Assembly: GCF_001194135.2 (NCBI RefSeq)
Contig: NC_068984.1
Coordinates: 72,749,689 to 72,802,849, forward strand
Source: Octopus bimaculoides
Taxonomy: Eukaryota
Reading direction: 5' to 3'
Length of the DNA stretch: 53,161 nucleotides
Position numbers and translations under genes: made by a program. The notes beneath the pieces are model-generated. The model was not told where the DNA came from. It searched no databases and saw only the letters and a list, made by a program, of their open reading frames with translations. Each line of letters starts with the position of its first letter. Within the stretch, counting starts at the first letter, position 1. Positions 25,309-36,885 of this stretch are shown here, piece after piece.

Positions 25309-25522
25309 ATGTAAATATGTATACAGACACACATATGTATATGCATACATGATTATATATATTTCTATGTACATCTGTATATTTTTGTAGGTGTGTATAT
25401 GTATATATATACACACACATAAATATATAACATGTGTACGTATATACTGTATGAAATATTCATTATACATACTGAAATATAATATATATTATATGTATAT
25501 ATATGTTCTTATGTGCAGAATA

Positions 25523-25607
<85 letters not shown>

Positions 25608-25610
25608 CAT
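25246..25610. repeat. (TA)/(TG) microsatellite cluster
   Basis: Direct observation. Confidence 0.9.
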
Positions 25611-26189
25611 GGGTGAGGAGTCCTTCCGTGACCTCACTCACACTATTATTGACTAGCGAGCCTTCCGTAGCACTTACGTAGCCATACCTGCCTTTTGGGT
25701 CTTCTGAATGCCAAAATATCTCATATACGTATATAAATAAATCGGTGATTTTTTTAGTATATATACATATATACATACACACACTCGCAGACACAAGCTC
25801 ACATACATATATATCACTGGTGTCTGTATGTTTTCTAAAATATCACGAGGAGCAGCTGTGTTCAGGGATGAATTAAATCATAAACACGTGTCTATTTGTA
25901 CGTGTCTATTTCTAATTCATTTTTTCATGTATGTTGGGAGGGAAAGATGTATATGATAGAGGGCGGATGTTTTCGTCTGTTTCTCTGTAGGTCTTTTCGT
26001 GTGTATTGACTTATTCTTCCACGTGTCTTCAGCCATTGATACATTTATTGAATGTATAAGTTCTTGATTCAATATTCTTTTTCTCATTGTCCTCATTCGC
26101 GTTGTGTATTTGTCAGTGTATCGGTGTCTCTCTGTCTATGTTCTGTTCTCTCTGTTTGTCTATTTGTTTGTCTGTCTGACCCTCCCTCT

Positions 26190-26197
26190 CACCCTTC

Positions 26198-26267
<70 letters not shown>

Positions 26268-26284
26268 TTATTTATCCATCTATC
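26190..26284. repeat. (TATC)n microsatellite
   Basis: Direct observation. Confidence 0.95.
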
Positions 26285-26665
26285 AGTAGTGTCGATGTTG
26301 TACTTGCCTAAAAATGACTTCATTATAGACTGATACAGCTATGACGCAAAGCAACCATTGTAGACATTCAGAAAGATAAAACAGTCCTATGTTGTCGCTA
26401 AGGAACCGAACCTCTTTTCCCAGACAGAATATCGCTACCAACATCCTATCCTTGCACACAGACCAAACAATTCCGAACGACATTTTATTTCACTGTCAAA
26501 TTGCAACACCATGTGACCTGTGTTCACGAACGGCAGCCCAGTACACAGTAGTCAGCGCTGACTCTTCCTCACTTAGCTCTACGAACCTAATGAGGGCGGT
26601 TCGTTTGACGAGTCTACGATATTTTTTCATAGAGTCGACTCAAACTTGTCAAATAAAACACATAC

Positions 26666-26666
<1 letters not shown>

Positions 26667-26721
<55 letters not shown>

Positions 26722-26747
26722 GAAGTAGTAGTAGTAGTAGTAGTAGT
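26667..26747. repeat. (TTC)n(AGT)n microsatellite
   Basis: Direct observation. Confidence 0.95.
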
Positions 26748-27402
26748 ACTTTTTGTAGCAGAAGCAACAGAGTGACTCNNNNNNNNNNNNNNNNNNNNNN
26801 NNNNNNNNNNNNNNNNNNNNNNNNNNNNNNNNNNNNNNNNNNNNNNNNNNNNNNNNNNNNNNNNNNNNNNNNNNNNNNNNNNNNNNNNNNNNNNNNNNNN
26901 NNNNNNNNNNNNNNNNNNNNNNNNNNNNNNNNNNNNNNNNNNNNNNNNNNNNNNNNNNNNNNNNNNNNNNNNNNNNNNNNNNNNNNNNNNNNNNNNNNNN
27001 NNNNNNNNNNNNNNNNNNNNNNNNNNNNNNNNNNNTATATATACACACACACTCACATACATACATACATACATACATACATACATACATACATACATAC
27101 ATTAATGTGTATATATTGCATGCGTTTAAATTACATATTTCACCACAACAACAGCGAAGTGTGACCTTGTTGCTCTCTCACTATCTGAAACTATTTCGTT
27201 TCACCTATGGATGAAGTATATTGTGTAGTTTAACACAATGCATCTACAAAGGGAATTTCTCAGCTGAAAATCTCGCAGTTTGTAACCGTTCAACAAAACA
27301 CATACATGAAGTATGTCATATCGATACACACGAGTATACATCTGAAACGATTTACCCACCCCCACACACACACACATGCACACACACACGTACGCACGCA
27401 CG

Positions 27403-27457
<55 letters not shown>

Positions 27458-27548
27458 TAGCAGAGGTACCCGGCGTGTCCCGGTATAACTTTCAGTGGAG
27501 TAATCGTTCAAATGAACCGAAAGACGTCCGTCAAACATGTCAATAGAA

Positions 27549-27947
27549 GTAACAATTTACAGGTGTTGGCCCTAAAGAGGGCCTGTGAACGTTCACTATG
27601 AAATATCTGCGGTGGTGCTGCCAGCAAAGATGAATCCGATGGTATCAATTTAATCTTGCTGGCTCTAAAGATAGCCTTGGATCGTTCACTCTCAGAAGTC
27701 TCAGCGGCGGTGCTGCCAGCAAAGATTAAACCAGTGATAACAATTTATAGTTGGTGGCCCTGAAGAGGACATTTTAACGTTCACTTTGGATTATCTCAGC
27801 GTTGGTGCGGCCAGCAAAGATGAATCTGATGGTAACAATTTAAACTTGGTAGCCATGAAGAAGGCCTTGGACGTTCTCTCTTAAAAGTCCAAGCGGCAGA
27901 GCTGTCAGCAAAGACAACTCCGATTAGAGGTGGTGGCCCTTAAGAAG
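27549..27947 (+). repeat. ~95-bp tandem repeat x4.3 with a dimeric (~190 bp) higher-order pattern
   Basis: Units start near 27549, 27641, 27736, 27831 and 27925; each has caattta...ggc.ct.aaga...cgttc...cagcaaaga. Confidence 0.9.
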
Positions 27948-28163
27948 TACTTCACATAACTTTGGTGTGTCGTATTTGCTTTGCTTGTTATTTGACATTG
28001 TAACCATCGTAACCATGTGAAAGTCGGAGTAATCAATGCGTCAACTATCGTTTAAATTGACAGTTATTTCCAGAAGTTAAAATGCTTTGCTGCGACCACA
28101 ATATGAACTTAAAAAGGGGCTCATTGCCCTCCATAGGGATGTCCTCGTCTGACAGGCTCAGAC

Positions 28164-28208
28164 GAGACCTGATGAATGCCAATAGGCATGAAAGTACGTA
28201 CTAGCCTT
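28164..28208 (+). ncRNA. Minimal type I hammerhead ribozyme (predicted)
   Basis: CTGATGA 28169-28175; stem II ATGCC-AATA-GGCAT; GAAA 28190-28193; palindromic stem III (A)GTACGTAC(T); CUA cleavage triplet 28201-28203; stem I GAGAC/GCCTT with one C-A mismatch and one G-U pair. Confidence 0.75.
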
Positions 28209-28465
28209 TATATATTTAATTCTCTATATTTAATACTCAACATTTCATATATTCAATAAGACATTCAATACTTCATTTCATTTTACCATTTATATTATAT
28301 TATATATTCCATATTCTATATCCCTCTTTAATTTTATAAGAATATAAATAAAACATAAAAAACATACAGAGTTGGAACTCTTTTAAATAATATATTCCTT
28401 AATACACGATCATACAAAACCCTTTTTTGTATATATATTTTTTATTTTCATTTTGTATTTTTTTT

Positions 28466-28467
<2 letters not shown>

Positions 28468-28513
<46 letters not shown>

Positions 28514-28517
28514 GCAC

Positions 28518-28563
<46 letters not shown>

Positions 28564-28760
28564 CTACATATATATGTATAACGTTTTATAGGTTTGTTCA
28601 CATATATGTATAACTGTGTGTGAGTGTGTGGTTGTGTGTGTGTGTGTGTGTGTGTATGTACGTGTGTGTGCATGTATGTGTTTGTGTGTGTGCATGTATG
28701 TGTTTGCGTGTGTGCATATGTGTATGTTTGAATGTTTGTAATTGCACGACACTGTGTGTG
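28468..28760. repeat. (CA)n and (TG)n microsatellites
   Basis: Direct observation. Confidence 0.9.
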
Positions 28761-30053
28761 TTGACACGAAAACTAAAGAAGAACATAGTTTTCCGTAAAT
28801 GCTGATTTAATGACTATATACAGTTTTGTTAGGAGAAGCACATATAACGTATTACAAGTGAAAGAAAAATGGAAAGAACAAATATATGTTTTCAAACAAA
28901 ACATTTGACAAACAATTCTATCAGCAAAGAGATATATGACTAAATAATAGAAGACTTTGCATAAGCGGTTCATTAATTTTCCACAGAGAATTTCAAGAAA
29001 GAGCTGAGATTTGCTCTGTGATATCAGATGACAACCCTGAATCTCAAATGTATATTAAAATAAAGAAGCTTAAAGCAAATAAATAAATACATAACGAAAT
29101 ACGATAACTTGAAATTATATAGAGAGAGTTCTTTAAGTATAAATACCACTTCACGCGTTTCTATTATTTCTTTTTGCGTAAATAACACTGTCTGAACAAA
29201 TACAACATTACATCAACAGCTTAAACACTTTTCTTCAAATCACCAGACATTCTCAATTTCCTTTCGCACCAGCATTGCAAGAGAACATCAATTTTCAATT
29301 TCTTTCTCACAAGCAACACAAAGAACACCAATTCGTATTCTCTGTTCTCATGAACAATACGCTAGAACATCAATTCCAACGAACCCTCACACCTAAGAAC
29401 ATAAACAAACCACATGTGTAAATAAGATAGAAAATACTAGAAATGACATATGACATCGCTCCACTATTGCTACCAGACGTAGAGAATATATCAAAGTAAA
29501 CAAAACAGACTTCAAATCAATGAAACGACGACATTGGTTAAATGAGGTTCCGACAGAGTGTGTTTAAAATTAAAACTATTAACAGTGTCATCACGACATA
29601 TTTAATATAGATATGGGCATCTCTGTGTAGGTATACTGCGCGTTTAAGCAGCATGACTTTCAACAAGAAAGGTAAGACTACTGACTAGTTTTAGCTTTCA
29701 TGAAAGTCTTTTCAAGATTCGAATACCTCCTTCTGTTCGCAAAAAATTATAGTGTTACTGCACAGGGGAAAATTTAACAACATAATATTGATGTACAGAG
29801 AAAATATTCGGACCATTATTGATTATACTTGACCAACCTGGATCAGCAATCAGTCCACAGCAATCATAACAAATTACGAAAGCACATAAAAACAAATTGT
29901 TCAAATTCTGGAATATATTTTATTTCGTGAAGAGGTGAAGAGGTGAACTCTAGCGTTATGTTGAGAAGGGGAAAATGCAGACTCTTCTCAAAGATACAAT
30001 ATTATAGTACATTATACTGATATACCATAATATTGTATCTTATTGATACAATA

Positions 30054-30595
30054 TTATAGTATATCAATATTTCTACACTCTATTGCATATATTCTTGTTT
30101 TAATATTCCACATAACCTCGAAATCTATCCTCAAGTCTGCATATTTTACAATATTCTCGTCTTCTTTGCCACTAATGCAATAATCTGCTGGGTAAGTTAC
30201 ATCGATCATCAAACAACTGCTTACAGTAACTTTCTCCACGAAAGTCACGTCTGGCCTTATATGTTCAAGAACTCTCTCTGGCTTTATTGTAAAGTTCTAC
30301 AAGAGTTTCCCAGGCTGAATTATTCGGACGTTGTTGATTACATCTAGAAAATGCTTCTGTTCTACTTAACAAAGTGAATTGACTTTTGTCACTTGTATAC
30401 AATACCTTTTCGAGGTTACGGCTTGATCCTGAGCAAACACCAAAAATGTTTCTCTTCCTCTCTTAAGATCCCCTTTTGTCAACCAATTCCTAGAAGATTT
30501 AGCTTTAACTTATTTTCTTTGTATTTCGAAGTGACCATGTAATTTCATACCTTTCCACGTTTTCAGTTTCTCAGGTTGCAACATCTGTCTATAAT
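30054..30595 (-). mobile_element. R4/Dong-type (restriction-like endonuclease) LINE 3' fragment, pseudogenised
   Basis: Minus translation gives EKLKTWKGMKLHGHF, WLTKGDLK..AQDQA and HIRPDVTFVEK..CLMIDVTYPAD..ENIVKYADLRID (PD-(D/E)xK-type motif). Confidence 0.85.
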
Positions 30596-30645
30596 TGTCT
30601 TCATTTTCAATAGTTTCAATACATAAACTTTAAAGAAAACATTAC

Positions 30646-30721
<76 letters not shown>

Positions 30722-30723
30722 TA

Positions 30724-30770
30724 AGCGGCGATCTGGCAGAATCGTTCGCGCGCCGGACCAAATGCTTAGC
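30724..30770 (+). mobile_element. SINE family A head, truncated by a gap
   Basis: gcggcgatctggcagaatcgttcgcgcgccggaccaaatgcttagc. Confidence 0.8.
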
Positions 30771-30909
30771 NNNNNNNNNNNNNNNNNNNNNNNNNNNNNN
30801 NNNNNNNNNNNNNNNNNNNNNNNNNNNNNNNNNNNNNNNNNNNNNNNNNNNNNNNNNNNNNNNNNNNNNNNNNNNNNNNNNNNNNNNNNNNNNNNNNNNN
30901 NNNNNNNNN

Positions 30910-30970
<61 letters not shown>

Positions 30971-30973
<3 letters not shown>

Positions 30974-31195
30974 TGGCACAGCGACTGAATCGTTAGTACG
31001 CCGGACAAAATGCTTAGTGGAATTTTCTCCTTTACGTTCAGAATTCAAAAGCTGCCGAGGTCATCCTCGACATTTATCCTTTCGTTTTCAATGAAATAAG
31101 TACCAAAAATAAGTACCAACTGTGCATTTGGGTTGATGCAACCGTCTAGCCCATTCCCACGAAATTGCTGGTTTCTTGCCAAAATTTGAAACCAT
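30971..31195 (+). mobile_element. SINE family A copy (tail type 1)
   Basis: Head, core and tail gaaattgctggtttcttgccaaaatttgaaacc. Confidence 0.85.
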
Positions 31196-31206
31196 CATTA
31201 TTATCA

Positions 31207-31417
31207 AGGCGGCAAAGTGGCAGAATCGTCAGTACGCCGTTCAAAATGTTTAGCGGCATTTCATCCGTCTTTATCTTCTGAGTCAAAATCCACCGAGGCC
31301 GTCTCTGCTTTTCATCCTTTCAGGGTCAAGAAAATAAGTACCAGTTGAGCACTGGGGTCAATTTAATCGACTAGTCCCCTCCACCAAAATTTCAGGCTTC
31401 GTGTCTTTGATAGAAAT
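31207..31417 (+). mobile_element. SINE family A copy (tail type 2)
   Basis: Head, core and tail aaatttcaggcttcgtgtctttgatagaaatt. Confidence 0.85.
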
Positions 31418-31464
31418 TATTATTATTATTATTATTATTATCATTATTATTATTATTTGTTATT

Positions 31465-31680
31465 AAGGCAGTGAGTTGGCCTAATCGTTAGCACGCTGGA
31501 CGGAATGCTTAGCGGCAGTTCAGCCGTCGCTACTTTCTGAGTTCAAATTCCGCTGCCGTCTACTTTGCTTTTCATCCTTTCGGGCTCGATAAATTAAGTA
31601 CCAGTTGCGTACTGGGATAGATCTAATCCACTGGCCCCCTCCCTAAAACTTCAGGCCTTGTGCCTATAGTAGAAATGATT
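31465..31680 (+). mobile_element. SINE family A copy (tail type 2)
   Basis: Head, B-box gagttcaaattcc, core and tail ttcaggccttgtgcctatagtagaaatgatt. Confidence 0.9.
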
Positions 31681-32534
31681 ATTATTATTTGTTGTTGGTG
31701 GTGATGGGTTTGTGGAAATGATATAAGGGAAAATAAACAATTTGTTTGCGACTTTCATGTTTTAGTTGCTTCTGAAACATGAAAGTCGCAAAGAAATCGT
31801 TTCTTTTATATGTGTGACTTTGCTTAATCTCATATACAAACTTTTATCATACGTGAGACATAAAATATTCATAGTTGGGTCAAATGTAACCGACTATAAC
31901 TTTGGCATTAGATATTTGTCGCATAGTTTTACGAGAAATCAGACATGCGACTACTGTTGATACCCTAAAATATATAATTATTAAAAGAGAAAAGAAAAAG
32001 ATAACTGTTTAACTTTGTTGAAAATGTTATTTTAAATCTTTAAATTATGCTTCAATGTTTATGTTTATATTAAAAATATATAAAATAGCTGAATCAGTAA
32101 TATGCAAAAAAAAAAATAAATAAATAAACAAATAATAAAAAAACAGCCAAAAAAAAGAACGAAAATATGTTGGTCGAAGACGATAAAAATGGTAACCAAA
32201 AATATAAATATTATATCGTAAATTTTGGCCTCGTCTGTAGTTTCGAAAATTATTGCAATTTCAATTTAGCTTCGGGCATTTGTTTTCTCTAGGAAACACG
32301 AATTACACAAATACTCATTTCTTCTTTTCTTTGACTGTCTTTCTTTAACTGTCTATCTACTTCTCAGTTTTTCTGTTCCTCTCTCCTCCATGCTTGTATT
32401 TCTTTTTTCTTCACATCAGCATTTCTGTCTCTTTCATTTTTTTCTCTCTCAAAACTAGAAGCATAGAAACACACTTTCTCAAGGAAATATACATACAACC
32501 ATATACCCGAGTAAACGATATTGACATATCGTCT

Positions 32535-33116
<582 letters not shown>

Positions 33117-34398
33117 TATGTGTATATATGAATATGTTTGAGTGTATGAAAGTATATATCGCCAAAAACATGAATATGTAAATCATGATAACGACCACTT
33201 ATAACTTGAAGCCCATACGAGAAATATGTATGTGTCTCTAAATTCAAATACTATTTATGAACTTTTACATAACGTAGATATACAGGCATACATATAACGA
33301 AGTCAGAAATAAGTACACACAAACACATACGCACACACGCACACACACAACACACATAGAAATAAACAAACACGCGAATATATAATTGTATTGACATATG
33401 CATCCATATGCACACACACCCTAATATCGACTTCACACTAACTCACTTGTTTCGGGAGCTAAGTTTGATGTATATATATAGCAGCAGCAGCGGTGACATC
33501 GATGGCAATAATAACAACTACCACAATGGCAACACTGTAGGCGAACACACATACACAGAAGAATACAGAGAAACTGTCCAATATTTTCGGGTTTTAGGAC
33601 AGCAGCAACAAAATGGGGTGAGAGGATGGGGCTGCTGAGGAGAAGGCCACACTGCTGCTTAAAGCATGCATACGCATACGAGCATGCACACACACATTCA
33701 CACACACGCACACACACACACACATACACGCACAAACAAGGACACAAACTTATGCGCACGTAAGGATGCACACCAAAAATGAACAGAATGAAGGGTCGCA
33801 GATGTGTGACGAAAGATTGCCGGACAATGAACATGAGTTGAAACGATAAAATAAGAACAGTAATACATGAATGAAGGAAAAATATATATAGTGCTTGTGT
33901 TTTTATTTGGCAAAAAAAAAAAAAATTATTATCTTGATATACAGCAATATATACGGTCAGCCATGATCTTTCTTTCTTGGCCTGACTGCCGACCGCCAAC
34001 ACCTCTTACGTCCATCTCTTATGTTCCTGCCTTTAGGCTTTCACTTCATACACACCAGCTCAATCTCATTCGTTCTTAGTCGAAAGACACCTGTTGTTAT
34101 ATTCTTGTTCTTTCTATTTGTAATTGTGTACCATGTTCTCCGGTTTTTTCTTTGTTGTTGTACACATTCGCTAGCTTTCTTCCAAAAAATATAATGCTCT
34201 TTGCTTAGAGGTTTATGGGGGCAACCAGCTCGTAAAGTCTCAAGTGTAACTGCCTGAAACTGTAAGGACAGCTGGTAACTTAACTGACGAGGCCACTAAT
34301 GGCTCGTCCTTTTTTACCTGTCCGCCTTTGTATCGTCTATCTGTCCGAATGTTTTATTGCATATATATATGTATATATACACATATATAATATCAATA

Positions 34399-34461
<63 letters not shown>

Positions 34462-34830
34462 CATACATATGCATATATGGGTACAGGACGTCACCAATAG
34501 TAAACAAAATAAAATACGAAAACAAACGAGTTCAATACGCAAACATCGAGAGAAACAAATGGAAAACTGGACAAGTAACACAAAGAAAGACCATTCATCA
34601 GTTGTCGGCTTTCTATCTACTCTTCATTTCAAGCATTGTACTACAATATGAGTCTTCGAAGACAGTTGCTCCCAGAAGTACCAAAATAAAATTTGGCATT
34701 TATGGAGGGTCAAAGCTGGGAATAAAACAGGACAGTGGAGAATTTTGGATAATTCTTTATTAGCGCTTTTGTTCGATTAACCGAATTTTTCAACAAGTTA
34801 CATTGTTGAAGTTTGATAGATAAATAAATA

Positions 34831-35050
34831 GGCGCAGGAGTGGCTATGTGGTAAGAAGCTTGCTTTCTCAGCCTCACTTGACAACCGATGTTGTTGGTGT
34901 GTTTACGTCCTCGTAACCTAGCGGTTGAGCAAAAATTACCGATAGAATAAGTACTAGGCTTGCAAAGAATAAGTCTTGGGGCCGATTTGTTCGACTTAAG
35001 GTGGCGCTTCAGTATGGCTGCTATCAAATGACTGAAACGAATAAATAAAT
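34831..35050 (+). mobile_element. SINE family B lacking the B-box region and the internal microsatellite
   Basis: ggcgcaggagtggctatgtggtaagaagcttgc is joined almost directly to cacttgacaaccgatg...gatagaataagtactagg...gactgaaacg. Confidence 0.85.
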
Positions 35051-35513
35051 AAATAAACAAATTTTGGTTCCTTGTTGTCCTTACCGTTGAAATTTGCATA
35101 GATTTTGTATATGCGAAAAAAAAAAGTGAATCGAGGTGCTTTGTTTTTGTCTTGGAAAATTTTTATGTCGAACAGTTAAATGAAGGCTATTAACAAATGA
35201 ACCCAATTATAGACTATTTTGTATGTAGTTCACTTGTCTACGAATCGTTATTTTATATAGTCTGTATGTCTAAATTCACAAGTCTGTCTTTTCAAACTTT
35301 TTGTCGTTGTAGCGAAAAATTTTGGCAGTTCAGTTTGGTTGCACAATTTTCTTTCCTTTGTACTGTAACATTCGTTGTGACGATTTTCTTAGCATGGAGG
35401 TTCATTTAACGTTCTTTCAATGGAAATGTGAGTCTGACTGGAGATGAAATTGCAAAAGAGTTATGCTGTAAATTTAATTATGTATAGTAAACGTTATACC
35501 CGAATTTAACTCC

Positions 35514-35549
<36 letters not shown>

Positions 35550-36249
35550 NNNNNNNNNNNNNNNNNNNNNNNNNNNNNNNNNNNNNNNNNNNNNNNNNNN
35601 NNNNNNNNNNNNNNNNNNNNNNNNNNNNNNNNNNNNNNNNTATATATATATATATATCCATGTATCTGCTTCTCTGCCTCTCTGTCAGTCTATCCAGTTA
35701 GCTAGCTACAGTGTATGTATATATATATATATATATATATACATACATTTACACAAACACACGCGCGTGCGCACACAAATACACAAACACGCGCGCGCAC
35801 ACACAGACACACACACACACTCATATGGAGAAAGTTAGTTTAAAATAACTTTTAAAAGCTATTAATTATTTCAAAAATTATTTAGTTACCAGAATATCGA
35901 GCTTTGAGCATGAAGCTTTCGCACACTGTGCTTTTTTGCGTATAAACGCGTTTGCATTCAACTTTGCAGACACATGTATTCTGGGCTATTGTAAAGACAC
36001 AGACACGCAAGAATATTTAGATTTCAGATCTCACCACGTTTCCCACACAAAAGTGAATATATAATTCAGGATGTATATATGATACAAATAGAGGGAAACG
36101 AATGTTTGAACTAGATATGGTCATTCAAAAATAGAAATGACACATGAAGCCAATGAAAAATGCTATACAAAAGCAAAAGATATCTCAGTCACCTCTTTTT
36201 ACAGAGAAACACTGAGCACTAAGGACGAAAACAAAAATACAAATATAAA

Positions 36250-36785
36250 TATTTAATTTGTAGTCACCCATTATCCTAAGAACTACAACGTCGTACTTTC
36301 AAACAAAGATACTTCTGCATAAGTCATCGAATCTCTGACAAATATTTAAAAATCACAAATCATCACTAACCGAAGACAACCACCAGATCTCAAGAAACCC
36401 CACGAAAAGCGAGATTCACACCGGAGAAAGAAATGGAGAAGCACATTGTGGAACCTGTGAAATAATTGAAGAAGGATCAACGCAAAGATCAAAAAATGCA
36501 AAAGAATTCAAAGTGACTACAAACATGAATTGAAAAACAAAAATATCATCTCATCTACTGTATCATATATCACAATGCACCGCGAATTACGCTTGGGAAA
36601 CAGCGACAAAAGTAGCAAGCCGTGCAAATGTACACAAGCTGCATTTCGTGTAGTGGACAGCAAGACATTTACACAAATGGAACATTTAAAATTTTCTACC
36701 TTTACAAAATAAAAGACGAAATGATCAAGTACGAAAGGCAAGGAAAAATGTTATATAAGAATTCTAAATCAGAAACTAAACCGAA
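36250..36785 (+). mobile_element. Penelope-like element relic (linker plus GIY-YIG endonuclease)
   Basis: Frameshifted RQPPDLKK, CGTCEIIEEGS..KEFKVTTNMN, KNII, C..NYAWET....R..VH, FKIFYLYK and KEKCYIRIL..KLN match the PLE endonuclease layout. Confidence 0.7.
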
Positions 36786-36885
36786 AATACTCAACACTAA
36801 AAACAACTTCCCTTATTCACATTAGAACAGAACATATATGCTTGAAAAGTTGAAGAACGAAAGAGCTGATACTTAAAATACACTG

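Larger units (their letters stand above)
27457..28220 (-). mobile_element. Non-autonomous Helitron-like element (~760 bp) with an internal tandem array
   Basis: The minus-strand 3' end reads ccgggacacgccgggtacctctgCTAG|T (CCGG hairpin about 9 nt before CTAG, followed by T). The opposite end reads tatataaaggc, resembling the TC-TATATATAAA type of Helitron 5' end, but the TC itself is degenerate. Confidence 0.65.

Noticed and set aside
26389-26660. 128-aa ORF in a GC-elevated patch
   Set aside because: No recognisable domain, and the C-terminus is microsatellite.
27549-27947. CRISPR-like array
   Set aside because: The whole unit is repeated with no unique spacers, there are no cas genes, and the context is eukaryotic.
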